Assembly: GCA_947366645.1 (NCBI GenBank) | Contig: CANBAX010000001.1 | Location: 1 to 46,568 of the forward strand | Origin: an uncultured Clostridia bacterium | GTDB taxonomy: Bacteria; Bacillota; Clostridia; Christensenellales; UBA1242 | Reading direction: 5' to 3' | DNA: 46,568 nucleotides | In this document: piece after piece, positions 16,068-26,477 of the stretch | Numbering within the stretch: the stretch's first letter is position 1 | How the letters are laid out: every line of letters starts with the position of its first letter | Made by a program: the position numbers and the translations under genes | Notes under the pieces: generated by a model | The model's database searches: none | What the model was told of the DNA's origin: nothing | The model's input: the letters and a program-made list of their open reading frames with translations, nothing else

Positions 16068-19000
16068 CTAGCCCTCCTGTGCCTGTTTTATTGCATCTGC
16101 GAGTTTTACTGACACTATCTTAGACACACCTTTTTCCTCCATAGTTACGCCAAAAAGTGCTTCGGCGTATTCCATGGTTGGTTTTTTGTGAGTAATCAAG
16201 ATAAACTGTGTTTCATTTGATAATTTCTTTAAGTATTTATCAACAATTTCTACGTTTGAGTCATCAAGTGCTGCCTCAACCTCATCAAACAGGCAGAATG
16301 GCAGTGGTTTTATCCTTAGTATCGCAAAAATTACCGCCATGGCTGTGAGGGATTTTTCACCACCAGATAGAAGGGTCATATTCTGAATTTTCTTTCCGGT
16401 AGGTTGTGCAAAAATCTCTACCCCGCTTTCAAGTGGATTACTTTCATCGCTGAGAGCGAGTTTAGCTGTGCCGCCACCGAACAGTTCGCGGAAGGTAAGT
16501 TTGAAACTTTCATTAATTCTATCAAGTTCATTATTAAACTTCTCTATCATAATGCTTGAAAGGTCTTTGATTATCTTTGTAAGGTCGTCTTCCGCCTTAT
16601 GAAGGTCATCACACTGCGAGGATAGGTCATCATAACGCTCAAGCAGCACCTTACAGTCCTCTATCGCATTTACATTGACATAGCCAAGTGCGGAAATACT
16701 CTTTTTGAGTTTATTTATCTCTGGCATTGCCACATTGATATCAAATTCTGGACGTCGGAAATTAAGGCAGTCAGTGTATACAAGGCTATACTCCTCATAT
16801 ATTCGTTCTTGCATCTGTTCAAGTTCGGTGTCTACCTTTTGAAGATTCATCTCTTCCCTAAATTTCTTATCGTTTAGGAGTGATATCTCCTCCATCACCC
16901 TTGCTTTTTCGCCGTCAAGTTGTTTTATTTTATCTGACAAGGTCACTTTGCCTTTTTCTACCTCATCACGCTTCCCTATTACGGCTTCAAGTTCAGCCTT
17001 TTGTGCCGAGGCTGGTGCAGAGGATAGCCTTTCTTTAATCATTGCCTCGGCAGAGTCAATAAATTCATTATTTTTCTCTATCTGCGAGTCAATAGCGACT
17101 AAGTTAAGTTTTTGTTTCTCAATTTCCTCTTCTAGTCTTTCAAGGTCGCTGATTATAGAATCAAGTTTTGCCTTATTAGATGCAATTTCAACCTTGACTG
17201 ACAAGATATTATCACTGACTCTATCGCGTTCGGCACGAAGTGTTTCGAATTTCTCACGTTTTTCTTTAACAAGTTCGTCAGCGTCCACCCTATTTCCACT
17301 TAAAGCACTTTCAATTTTGGCGGTACGAGCAAGGTCATCTTCAATAAGTGCAAGTTTATTCTTGACAGTTTCTGCCTCCATTTCGCTTACTCTTAAATTG
17401 TCAGACACCTCATTGAGTGAGATAGAATATCTATTTTCTTTCTCTTTTTCCTGTGCGAGAGCGATTTCAGTATCACTACGCTGTTTATTTAAATTTTCAA
17501 GTTTTGTTTTACTTGTTACTGCGTTTTGTTTATTCTCTTCTATATTTTTAGTTATATTTTCAAGTTTAACATTTAGTTTTACTATCTCATCAGCGAGAGT
17601 TTCAATCTCTCTTGCCCTACCCATGAGATTAGCTGATTCTGTCTTTTTACTACCACCGGTAAGTGAGCCTTGTGGATTTACTACATCGCCGTCAAGTGTG
17701 ACAATTCTATAGGCATAACCGGCACTCTTTGCAAGGTTTACCGCTGTAAAAAGCGTGTCAACAATTACGGTGCTTCCAAGAAGGTTGCTTACAACATTGT
17801 CTATCGTCCTATCAAAAGTAACTAAATCACTGGCAACCCCAAATACGCCTTGTTTTCCTGACACAAGTTTTCTATCAAGGTCTCGGCGTTTCATTGAGGT
17901 AATTGGAAGGAAAGTCGCCCTACCAAACTGATTTTGTTTGAGGAAGGAAATAAGTTCTTTTGCACCCTCTTCATCAAAAGTGACAACATTTTGCACCGCA
18001 CCGCCAAGAGCAACCTCTATCGCTGTTTCATACTTCTCTGGCACCTTTATAAGTGATGCAACTACGCCCACTATCTTTTGCTTTAAGCCGTTATTTCTCT
18101 CGCTTTCTTTTAAGAGTTTCTTAATAGCATAGGAATAACCCTCATACTCTGTTTGAAGGTCACTTAAAAGTTTACGTCTATTTTCATAAACCTTGATTTG
18201 TGTGATAGTGTTGGCTTTCTCATCTTCAAGTTCGCGTAAGCCCCGCTCCATAACATAATTTGCAGCACTTAGTTTATCACATTCGGCTTTTAACTCATGT
18301 AGCCCTGTGGACATAGTTGTGATTTTACCAACCACATTTGAATACTCTTTCTCTATTTCATCTTTTTTTGATGTCAAAGCAGTAATATCATTTTCAAGAT
18401 TTTCTAGGCTTGAGGAAAGAAGTTCTTTCTCTGTGGTGAGTTTTGTTGCACTGCTTTTTACATCAGACAAAGAGCCTAACGTTTCAATAATCTTTTGCTG
18501 GCTTTGTCCGGCTTCGTCCTCACTTTGTGTGAGTTCATTTGCTATCGTTAGATATGTATTTGAAAGTTCATTAAAGCTTTTATCTAATATTTCAAGTACC
18601 TGTTTGCACTTATCTCTTTCTGATAATTTTTGAGTAGTTTGCTCTTTACAGATTTCTATTGTCTTTTCACAATTTGTCTTATCAAGATACAACCTATCAT
18701 TTTCTTTATGTGTGTAATTTATTCTCTCTCTTGCAACCTTAGTTTCCCCTTCCTGCTTTTCAAGAGATACCGTCATATCTAAGATATTTTGGTTGAGAGA
18801 TGCCAAAATCCTATCGAAATTAGTAAGGTCTAGCATGCTTTTATTATAGGCATCATTTGCTTTATCAAGTTCTGTTTGGCGAAGTGCAAGTTGCTCCCTT
18901 ATCGCCCTAAGTTTTACATCTATCTTTTCCTTGATATCATTGGCGTTTTCATACTGATAGATATATGCATTTACTTCTAGGTCTTTTAAGCTGCCCTTAT

Positions 19001-19652
19001 ATTCAAGATATTTTTTGGCGTTTTCAGCCTGCTTTTTAAGTGGCCCCATCTGCCTTTCAATTTCACTAAGAATATCATTTACCCTTGTAAGATTATCTCG
19101 AGTGCGTTCAAGTTTCCTTTCCGCCTCGCGTTTATCATTCTTATACTTACTTATGCCGGCAGCATCTTCAAACATCGCCCTTCGGTTTTCTGGTTTTGCA
19201 TCAACAAGTTCGGTGACCTTACCTTGACTGATTACTGAATATCCATTTTTGCCAAGTCCGCTGTTATAGAGTAGATTTGTAATATCGCGAAGATGACAGG
19301 TGTTTCGATTAATAAGATACTCACTCTCACCTGAGCGGTAAAGTTTTCTTGTTATTGCTAGTTCGTCATAATCAAAATTGAAAAAACGAGTGGAATTGTC
19401 AAAAGTAAGAGTAACCTCACAATATGATAAACTCCGCCTCTTTTCCGTTCCATTAAAAATGACATCTTGCATGGAATCTCCACGAAGAGTTTTTGGACTT
19501 TGTTCACCTAGTACCCATCTTATTGCATCGGACACATTGCTTTTTCCGCACCCGTTTGGCCCTACTATTGCTGTAAAATTATTATCAAATTCAATTACTG
19601 TTCTATCAGCAAATGATTTAAAGCCTACCATTTCTATCTTTTTGAAAATCAT
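16068..19652 (-). CDS. smc: chromosome segregation protein SMC
   Basis: 1194 aa. GPNGCGKSN Walker A, long coiled coils, a hinge, LSGGEK signature and LFDEVEAALD Walker B. Confidence 0.97.
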   Translation of the reverse strand: MIFKKIEMVGFKSFADRTVIEFDNNFTAIVGPNGCGKSNVSDAIRWVLGEQSPKTLRGDSMQDVIFNGTEKRRSLSYCEVTLTFDNSTRFFNFDYDELAITRKLYRSGESEYLINRNTCHLRDITNLLYNSGLGKNGYSVISQGKVTELVDAKPENRRAMFEDAAGISKYKNDKREAERKLERTRDNLTRVNDILSEIERQMGPLKKQAENAKKYLEYKGSLKDLEVNAYIYQYENANDIKEKIDVKLRAIREQLALRQTELDKANDAYNKSMLDLTNFDRILASLNQNILDMTVSLEKQEGETKVARERINYTHKENDRLYLDKTNCEKTIEICKEQTTQKLSERDKCKQVLEILDKSFNELSNTYLTIANELTQSEDEAGQSQQKIIETLGSLSDVKSSATKLTTEKELLSSSLENLENDITALTSKKDEIEKEYSNVVGKITTMSTGLHELKAECDKLSAANYVMERGLRELEDEKANTITQIKVYENRRKLLSDLQTEYEGYSYAIKKLLKESERNNGLKQKIVGVVASLIKVPEKYETAIEVALGGAVQNVVTFDEEGAKELISFLKQNQFGRATFLPITSMKRRDLDRKLVSGKQGVFGVASDLVTFDRTIDNVVSNLLGSTVIVDTLFTAVNLAKSAGYAYRIVTLDGDVVNPQGSLTGGSKKTESANLMGRAREIETLADEIVKLNVKLENITKNIEENKQNAVTSKTKLENLNKQRSDTEIALAQEKEKENRYSISLNEVSDNLRVSEMEAETVKNKLALIEDDLARTAKIESALSGNRVDADELVKEKREKFETLRAERDRVSDNILSVKVEIASNKAKLDSIISDLERLEEEIEKQKLNLVAIDSQIEKNNEFIDSAEAMIKERLSSAPASAQKAELEAVIGKRDEVEKGKVTLSDKIKQLDGEKARVMEEISLLNDKKFREEMNLQKVDTELEQMQERIYEEYSLVYTDCLNFRRPEFDINVAMPEINKLKKSISALGYVNVNAIEDCKVLLERYDDLSSQCDDLHKAEDDLTKIIKDLSSIMIEKFNNELDRINESFKLTFRELFGGGTAKLALSDESNPLESGVEIFAQPTGKKIQNMTLLSGGEKSLTAMAVIFAILRIKPLPFCLFDEVEAALDDSNVEIVDKYLKKLSNETQFILITHKKPTMEYAEALFGVTMEEKGVSKIVSVKLADAIKQAQEG

Positions 19653-19708
19653 AAGTTCCTCTTTCTACTCAAAGTTTATCATTTTTTATCGCGTTTACCA
19701 AACTATTT

Positions 19709-20341
19709 TCATTTTTTTATCAAAAATAGTTTCTTAATCGCCTTTTGTGCCGCTTCTTGCTCGGCTTCCATCTTGCTTTTACCTTTGCCACTTGATATTT
19801 TATCTTCGTCCATATAAAAACTGGATTTAAAGCCCTCTTCACTTGGCTCGGTCACATACTGCATTTTGCATTTAAAACTGGCTTGTACAAGTTCTTGAAG
19901 TTGCGATTTATAGTTATCGTCCTTTATATCTCTGAACTGGCACAGGTTAAGTTGTTTTTCTATGAACTCTGTTACCCTTTTAAGGTTGCTATCAAGATAA
20001 ATGGCTGCGATAAGTGCCTCCACTATATCACACTTAATTGCCTTTGACACCTCTCCTTGATAGCTTTTGCCAAGCTCTATAAATTTTTCAAGTCCGAGTT
20101 TATCAAACACCTTACATAGGTTATTTTCTGATACAAAATGTGAGCGAATTACCGTAAGTTTGCCTTCTGCTTCACCCGAATGCTTGAAAAGATACTCACC
20201 TACAACAAAGTCGAGTATTCCATCACCCAAGAACTCAAGCCTTTCATAATTTTCTGCGGACTTTGAACTATGCGTCATTGCCCTTTTAAACAGACTTTCA
20301 TCTTTAAATTTATAGCCTATTTTATTCACTTTTGACCTCAA
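19709..20341 (-). CDS. rnc: ribonuclease III
   Basis: ERLEFLGDGILD signature and a C-terminal dsRBD. It overlaps the plsX stop by 20 nt. Confidence 0.9.
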   Translation of the reverse strand: MRSKVNKIGYKFKDESLFKRAMTHSSKSAENYERLEFLGDGILDFVVGEYLFKHSGEAEGKLTVIRSHFVSENNLCKVFDKLGLEKFIELGKSYQGEVSKAIKCDIVEALIAAIYLDSNLKRVTEFIEKQLNLCQFRDIKDDNYKSQLQELVQASFKCKMQYVTEPSEEGFKSSFYMDEDKISSGKGKSKMEAEQEAAQKAIKKLFLIKK

Positions 20342-21332
20342 CTAGCGAGGCAAGAGCCTCTTCAATTTTTTGATTCAAATTTTTCTCGTGTAAAAGCATT
20401 GTTTGCTCAAGCGATGCAAGAATATTTAGCCTTTTGCAACCACCATGATTTTTAACTACAAGTTTCTTACAACCGAGAAGCGGCGAACCACCATGCTTTT
20501 TCTGAACATCTACGCGATTTTTAATATCTTTAAAAGTAGGTTTCATGAAAAGGTAGCCGATTTTACTTGAAAAGTGAGATTTAATGGAATGTTTGAGAAT
20601 ACTCATAACCGCAGATACAGCACCCTCTGTTCCCTTTAAAAGTGCGTTTGCAGCAAAGCCATCTGCAACCATAACATCCACATCTCCACTCATGAAGTCA
20701 CATCCTTCACGATTACCTATAAAATTGATTGGAGCATTTGCAAGAAGCGGATAGGTTTCCTTTGTAAGTTCATTACCCTTACCTTCTTCGACACCGTTGC
20801 TAAGAAGTGCTACTCTTGGATTTTCAATACCATATCTAATTGAATAATATGCTGAACCCATGAGTGCAAAGTGTAGAAGATTCACACTTTTACAATCGAC
20901 ATTTGCGCCACTGTCGATTATTATAACATCATTTTTCTTTTTGGTTGGAAGAATTGGAGCAAGTGCGGGACGAGATATACCTTTAATTCTGCCTATCTTC
21001 ATAACTGCACCTGTAAGAATTGCTCCTGTACTGCCTGCAGACACAAGACCAATAATATCATCACGCTCTTTAAGTAAATCAAATGCCCTTACAAGAGAAG
21101 AATCCTTTTTATGTCTTATTGCATTCGTTGGATGATCGGTGTTTAAAATAACATCTGGAGCATGAGAGATTTCTATTCGCTCCTCTCTGCCCGCCAATAC
21201 CTCTTTGATTTTTTCTTCGTCACCACAAAGAATAACCTCTAAGTTCTTATGTTTTTTTATAGCAAGAAGCACCCCTTCAATTATCTCTACTGGTGCGTTA
21301 TCCCCGCCAAAAGCGTCTACAACAATTTTCAT
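20322..21332 (-). CDS. plsX: phosphate acyltransferase PlsX
   Basis: MKIVVDAFGGDNAP N-terminus, 336 aa, plsX-rnc-smc-ftsY synteny. Confidence 0.95.
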   Translation of the reverse strand: MKIVVDAFGGDNAPVEIIEGVLLAIKKHKNLEVILCGDEEKIKEVLAGREERIEISHAPDVILNTDHPTNAIRHKKDSSLVRAFDLLKERDDIIGLVSAGSTGAILTGAVMKIGRIKGISRPALAPILPTKKKNDVIIIDSGANVDCKSVNLLHFALMGSAYYSIRYGIENPRVALLSNGVEEGKGNELTKETYPLLANAPINFIGNREGCDFMSGDVDVMVADGFAANALLKGTEGAVSAVMSILKHSIKSHFSSKIGYLFMKPTFKDIKNRVDVQKKHGGSPLLGCKKLVVKNHGGCKRLNILASLEQTMLLHEKNLNQKIEEALASLVEVKSE

Positions 21333-21464
21333 AACATCTCCTAATTTTAAGATATTTATATCTTAGCAAATTTTTAAAGCGTTTGTAAAGAAAATTGGTG
21401 CTAATGTTAAATTCTTCTCCCAACACTATATATTGTGGTAGTATGCATGCATAATAGTACAAGA

Positions 21465-21484
21465 TAGGACAGACACCACTTGGA
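21465..21484 (+). repeat. solo E-element 5' module (TAGGACAGACACCACTTGG)
   Basis: It matches the first roughly 19 nt of both E copies and abuts cluster R7. Confidence 0.7.
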
Positions 21485-21776
21485 AAAATTATTTATAGAT
21501 TTCTCCGCTTTGCGACCATAGGTCGCAGCGGTCGAAATGACAGTGCCTTAAGCGCCTAAACCCTTCGACTACGCTTCCCTCCGCTCATGATAACAAAGAT
21601 GACAATGATTATAAAAAAGATTTCTCCGCTGCGGGCTGTCGCCCTTCGGTCGAAATGACAAGTTGAAAATTTGGCTTCGGTCGAAATGACAGTTGTAGGT
21701 GAAGTCCGAAATGGCAGTGCCTTAGGCACCTTTTAACGCTACGCTGGATTCTTCACTACGTTCAGAATGACAATAT

Positions 21777-21803
21777 AAAAAAAAGTGGCTGAGCCACTTT
21801 TTT
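21777..21803. terminator. bidirectional terminator-like hairpin inside R7
   Basis: AAAAGTGGC-tga-GCCACTTTT. The arms are identical to those of the hairpin at 22020-22046. Confidence 0.6.
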
Positions 21804-22019
21804 GCTTCTTAGACGCTTTTTTTAGATTTCTCCGCTACGTCGTCACAACACAAGCTGAAACTCACATTGCAAAAGCAATGCTCGCCTGACGCATGGTTGC
21901 TCCTCTTCCCACAAATGCTGTCGCATTTGCGGGATCCCTAAACTTCGGTCGAAATGACAAGAGGAAGAAGTCGGTCGAAATGACAAAGTTATGGGCGGTC
22001 GAAATGACAATATTGGAAT

Positions 22020-22046
22020 AAAAAAAGTGGCTTTGCCACTTTTTTA
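22020..22046 (-). terminator. rho-independent terminator downstream of rpmF
   Basis: AAAAAAGTGGC-ttt-GCCACTTTTTT. Confidence 0.7.
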
Positions 22047-22087
22047 TTTTAGATTTCTCCACGTTGGTCGAAATGACATTGATATGT

Positions 22088-22279
22088 CTATTTTTTCTTC
22101 TTTTCAGTATCTACAACTGTTTCATTTTTATAGGTGCCACATTTTGAACATACTTTATGTGGTGCCTTTAATTCATGACATTTTGGGCACTCTACAAGTG
22201 TAGGTGCGTTTGCTTTAAAATTTGCAGAATTTCTTGTATTTCTTCTAGCCTTTGATACTTTACCCTTTGGAACAGCCAT
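22088..22279 (-). CDS. rpmF: 50S ribosomal protein L32
   Basis: MAVPKGKVSKARRNTR...CPKCHELKAPHKVCSKCG zinc-ribbon L32. Confidence 0.95.
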   Translation of the reverse strand: MAVPKGKVSKARRNTRNSANFKANAPTLVECPKCHELKAPHKVCSKCGTYKNETVVDTEKKKK

Positions 22280-22352
22280 TTTCTCCTCCTTTAATTATCT
22301 TACTTTGCTTAGTATATTTATTTCCTTGCCTTTTGTCAAGTGTTTTTGCATT

Positions 22353-23552
22353 TTATTTTGAGTTTTTAACTACACGTGCTGTTTCGCGTGCAATTAAAAG
22401 TTCCTCATTTGTTGGTATCATATACACTTTAACTTTGGACCTCTTCTTTGAAAGAAGATTTACCTCCCCGCGTTTGAAGTTCTTATTCGCCTTTTCATCA
22501 AAGTCAACACCTAAAAATTCCATATCTTTCATAACAAGTCCGCGTAAATCCGAGCCATTTTCACCTGCACCAGCAGTGAACACGATTACATCAACTCCAC
22601 CCATTGCTGCTGCATATGAACCGATATACTTTTTGATTCTATAAATCATTACGTCGATAGCAAGTTGTGAGCGTGCATCACCTTTATTTGCAGCCTCAAA
22701 CACATATCTTTGGTCGCTGGACACACCGCTGATACCGAGTATACCTGACTTTTTATTAAGCGCGGTGAGCATTTCATTTATATTCATGCCTGTTTTGTCC
22801 ATTACAAATTCAAGTACGGCTGGGTCAAGGTCACCAGAGCGGCTGCCCATTACAAGTCCTTCAAGTGGGGTAAGTCCCATTGAAGTGTCTACGCACTTAC
22901 CGTTTTTAATTGCACACACACTGGCACCATTTCCGATATGGCAGTTGATTATTCTTAAATTCTTTTTGCCAGTGATACGAACAACTTCACTTGCAATAAA
23001 CTCATGGCTCATACCATGGAAGCCATACTTTCTTACGCCATACTTTTCCTTCCATTCATATGGAACTGCGTAGGTGGAGGCATAATCTGGCATAGTGGCA
23101 TGAAAGCCAGTATCAAAAAGTGCCACATTTGGTTTCCCCTTCATAACCTTTTGGCAAGCCTTAATCCCCTCAATATTCGCTGGCATATGTAATGGCCCCA
23201 GCGGAATAAGTTTTTCAAGGTCCTTTATTACCTTAGGAGTAACAAGAGTTGCTTCACTGTATATAGTACCACCATGAAGAACGCGATGACCTATTGCATC
23301 GATTTCATCGAGGGACTTAATTGCGCCTATCTTTGGGTCTTGAAGCGTTTTTAAAACAAGTTTTAACCCTTCGGCATGGTCTTTTAAATCCTTCTTAAAT
23401 TCATATGCCTGTCCATTTATCTTATGAGTAAGTTGAGAGTCTGGAATACCTATCTTCTCTACAAGGCCTTTTGCAACAACCTCTTCCTTTTTCATGTCCA
23501 TAAGTTGATACTTAATTGAACTACTTCCTGCATTTATTACTAATACTTTCAT
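22353..23552 (-). CDS. ackA: acetate kinase
   Basis: The ORF track extends to 23618. I prefer ATG 23552 (MKVLVINAGSSSIKYQL), which has an AGGAGG RBS and an ATGA overlap with the pta stop. Confidence 0.95.
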   Translation of the reverse strand: MKVLVINAGSSSIKYQLMDMKKEEVVAKGLVEKIGIPDSQLTHKINGQAYEFKKDLKDHAEGLKLVLKTLQDPKIGAIKSLDEIDAIGHRVLHGGTIYSEATLVTPKVIKDLEKLIPLGPLHMPANIEGIKACQKVMKGKPNVALFDTGFHATMPDYASTYAVPYEWKEKYGVRKYGFHGMSHEFIASEVVRITGKKNLRIINCHIGNGASVCAIKNGKCVDTSMGLTPLEGLVMGSRSGDLDPAVLEFVMDKTGMNINEMLTALNKKSGILGISGVSSDQRYVFEAANKGDARSQLAIDVMIYRIKKYIGSYAAAMGGVDVIVFTAGAGENGSDLRGLVMKDMEFLGVDFDEKANKNFKRGEVNLLSKKRSKVKVYMIPTNEELLIARETARVVKNSK

Positions 23553-24532
23553 TTTTCCTCCTTTTTGCATTGAAGCACTGTAATTACTGTTGTCATTATT
23601 ATATCGTCGACATTGCAACCCCGCGACAGGTCATTCACTGGCTTATTTAGCCCCTGTATAATTGGCCCTATCGCCTTTAGTCCGCCCACATATTGTAGCG
23701 TTTTATACATGATATTCCCCGTGTCTAGATTTGGTAGAATAAGAATATTCGCATCTCCTTCAAGTGGACTTTCTGGACACTTAATTTTTGCTATCTCTGG
23801 TACCATGGCTGAGTCAAACTGCAATTCTCCATCGCATTTTATTCCACTCTTTTTGAACTTCGCATACGCTAGACGCATTTTTTCTACGCTTTCACCTTCA
23901 CTGCTTCCATTAGTTGAATAGGATAGAAATGCCACTTTTGGATTTTCAAGCCCTAACAGCGAATAGGTTTCTACACTATCGCTTGCTATCTGCACAACCT
24001 CATCAACACTAGGATTTGGCATGATGCCACAGTCAGAAATTACTAAAACTTTTTTCTTTAAAAATTTATTCTTTCCATACACAAGAATACTTGAGGATAT
24101 CTTTTTGCCTTTTTTGGCTGTCTTGATTATTTGCAGTGCTGGGCGAATTGTATCGGCAGTGGTGGCTTCCGCGCCCGCAACCATTCCATCCGCATAACCC
24201 TCTTCAACAAGCATAGTGGCAAAGTAATATGGGTCTAAAACAAGTTTTTTGGCTTCCTCTTCGGTAAGGCCTTTTTCTTTCCTCTTTTTATACAAACTCT
24301 TTGCTAGTTGCTCAGTAAAAGGAAATGTTTTTGGATTTACTATATCAAAATTTATAAGTTTTTTATCACGCAGTATTAACGCACTTTCGTCGCCGACAAG
24401 CAGTGGTTTTGCAAGACGTTTTTTTGAAATATATTTAACGGCCTCTATCGTCCTATCACTAAAGCCCGCCTCTGGAAACACTATCGTCTTTTCAGCCGCA
24501 CGCGCCCTTTTATATAATTTTTTTATTTTCAT
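23549..24532 (-). CDS. pta: phosphate acetyltransferase
   Basis: 327 aa of the PTA_PTB family (..GAEATTADTIRPALQII.., ..NDLSRGC..), directly upstream of ackA. Confidence 0.9.
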   Translation of the reverse strand: MKIKKLYKRARAAEKTIVFPEAGFSDRTIEAVKYISKKRLAKPLLVGDESALILRDKKLINFDIVNPKTFPFTEQLAKSLYKKRKEKGLTEEEAKKLVLDPYYFATMLVEEGYADGMVAGAEATTADTIRPALQIIKTAKKGKKISSSILVYGKNKFLKKKVLVISDCGIMPNPSVDEVVQIASDSVETYSLLGLENPKVAFLSYSTNGSSEGESVEKMRLAYAKFKKSGIKCDGELQFDSAMVPEIAKIKCPESPLEGDANILILPNLDTGNIMYKTLQYVGGLKAIGPIIQGLNKPVNDLSRGCNVDDIIMTTVITVLQCKKEEK

Positions 24533-24626
24533 TTTTTACCTTCTCAATTTTATTTTTAATACATATTGTATGTTAGGTGATTACAAATTTAAGTATATAT
24601 TATAGGAGTTTTACTGTCAAACAATT

Positions 24627-25550
24627 ATGAGGTCTTTTTTCAAAAATTATCGCTTTTTTCTTTCTGTTTTCATTCTTTACATCATTATTTGCATGGTGAT
24701 TTTTCCCACACTTTATATCCAGCAAACTTTGGCAGGAATTAATGCTTGGGCTTTAAATGTACTGCCTAGTGTACTGCCCTTTATATTCTTTACCAAAGTA
24801 CTTTCCTCTCTTGGCAGTATTGAAAAATTTTCCTCTCGATTTCCTATGCAAAAATTGTATCGTACACCAAGTAGTTCTGGATACGTTTTTTTAATGAGTA
24901 TTATATCGGGCTACCCTGTAGGAGCCAAAATGACAGCTGACCTTTACCTTTCTGGCAAGGTTTCCCGCGAGGAGGCGTTTAGAATGACCTCTTTCTGTTC
25001 CACTTCGGGTCCTATGTTTATTATAGGTGCGGTGGGAGTAGGTATGCTTGCTTCTCCACGTGCGGGCTACATCATTCTTTTATCACATATTTTAGGAGCG
25101 TTATTAAATGGCTTTCTTTATCGCAAAATTAAAGCAGAAGAGTTAAGCCGCGACAGTTTTAAAGTGGACAAGAGTAATTCTGACATTGGGAGTTTAGTGC
25201 TAGACAGCGCGCTAAGTATAATCTCAGTGGGTGCTATTATCGCGATATTCTTTGTTGTAATAACCTCGCTTTCCCCTATCCTTTCTCTGCTTCCTAAGCC
25301 TATTGCATCTGTACTAGCTGGCTTAATAGAAATTACAAGAGGTTGCAAAGATATCTCCCTTGCCTTTTCTTCTAATCTTGCAATTTGTGCGGCAAGTTTT
25401 GTTATAAGTTTTGGCGGGCTTTCCACCATGCTTCAGTCGCTTACTATGTTAAGCAAAATAAAAATGCCGGTGTGGCTGTTCGCTGTTCAAAAGCTTACTC
25501 ACGCCATACTGGCACTTATAATTTCTGGTTTTTTAGTCGTTATCTTCTAA
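24627..25550 (+). CDS. sporulation integral membrane protein YlbJ-like (nucleoside-recognition-domain family)
   Basis: 307 aa, polytopic. SGYPVGAKMTADLY...FCSTSGPMFIIGAVGVGML resembles the YlbJ family pattern. Confidence 0.6.
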   Translation: MRSFFKNYRFFLSVFILYIIICMVIFPTLYIQQTLAGINAWALNVLPSVLPFIFFTKVLSSLGSIEKFSSRFPMQKLYRTPSSSGYVFLMSIISGYPVGAKMTADLYLSGKVSREEAFRMTSFCSTSGPMFIIGAVGVGMLASPRAGYIILLSHILGALLNGFLYRKIKAEELSRDSFKVDKSNSDIGSLVLDSALSIISVGAIIAIFFVVITSLSPILSLLPKPIASVLAGLIEITRGCKDISLAFSSNLAICAASFVISFGGLSTMLQSLTMLSKIKMPVWLFAVQKLTHAILALIISGFLVVIF

Positions 25551-26372
25551 CGCATTGATAAATCTTTCAATATTCTCTTCAAGTTCCCTTACAAGATACT
25601 TTATACTTTTAACGCCCTTTCCTGCATATTTTAAGCCGTATGTTAAAGCCCTAAGCATATCTAAATCTTGGTCAGCTGTTGCCATTATTAGTGCATAACA
25701 AATCATAAGCAGTTCCTCGGTATGAGCGTCCCGTCTTAAACTTTCAAGTTCGTCAAGCATTTGTCCGCATATTCTTTGACATACTACGCAAAGTTTTTCA
25801 AGACCTGTAACGCTGTCCACCCTATTTAAGTTTCTAACGGTTGGAAATTTAAGTATCTTATTTGCCATGTCTTCATCAACATATACCGGTTGTTTTTCAA
25901 CCCGCTCGGACACCTCTTCCGCTTGTATTTGGTCTTGCTTAGGTGCAAGTTCTATCTTTGGGAAGGAAAATGCTTCGGCTATCAAATTCCTGAAAGGTAT
26001 TATCATTATGCTTATAAAACGTTTATATGGATTATCGCCTTCGTCAGAGAAAAACCTCTTGACAAACTCCATAAAATTAATTTTTCCAACATTGATATCT
26101 GCAAGTGTGCAAAATACTAAGGCTATCACTTTATACTCTTCATCTGGCATAATGCAAAGAAATTTTCCGCCTGAGCCCTGTACAAAGGCTTTACCAAGTT
26201 CTCGGTCACGATTAAAATGCTCCATGCACTCGGCAACAAGGCTATACACCTGTGGAGTTTCGGCAAGCAAACCAAGTACTTTTTGTATTTTGTTTTCCGC
26301 GACCAAAAACTTTCCAGTGATAAGTTCATCACACGCGGACAAAAACTTTAATGTGTTTTGATTTTCTGTCAT
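25533..26372 (-). CDS. hypothetical protein, 279 aa
   Basis: The ORF track extends to 26420. ATG 26372 has a GGGGAAAGAGG RBS. I recognise no motifs. Confidence 0.55.
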   Translation of the reverse strand: MTENQNTLKFLSACDELITGKFLVAENKIQKVLGLLAETPQVYSLVAECMEHFNRDRELGKAFVQGSGGKFLCIMPDEEYKVIALVFCTLADINVGKINFMEFVKRFFSDEGDNPYKRFISIMIIPFRNLIAEAFSFPKIELAPKQDQIQAEEVSERVEKQPVYVDEDMANKILKFPTVRNLNRVDSVTGLEKLCVVCQRICGQMLDELESLRRDAHTEELLMICYALIMATADQDLDMLRALTYGLKYAGKGVKSIKYLVRELEENIERFINALEDND

Positions 26373-26477
26373 ATCTACCTCTTTCCCCCTTATTTTAACA
26401 CAACTAATTGTTATTAACAAAGCATTTTATAACAAAAAAATTTGCAACTTTTCGTTTTTCATGTTAGAATAAGCGTA

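Larger units (their letters stand above)
21497..22078 (+). repeat. mosaic repeat cluster R7 (largest), between rpmF and plsX
   Basis: A units 21497-21542, 21618-21660 and 22051-22078. Split A unit with about 100 nt of cargo at 21824-21959. Short units 21679-21691, 21973-21985 and 21997-22009, plus degenerate 21704-21716. B/C units 21543-21604 (degenerate) and 21717-21772. Two terminator-like hairpins. Confidence 0.9.

Noticed and set aside
16948-17712. Long + strand ORFs antisense to smc (16948..17712, 18307..18633, 19378..19737 and others).
   Set aside because: These are Ser/Leu/Phe-rich, low-complexity translations, typical of the antisense frames of an AT-rich coiled-coil gene. They have no RBS or motifs, and they lie fully within a high-confidence CDS.
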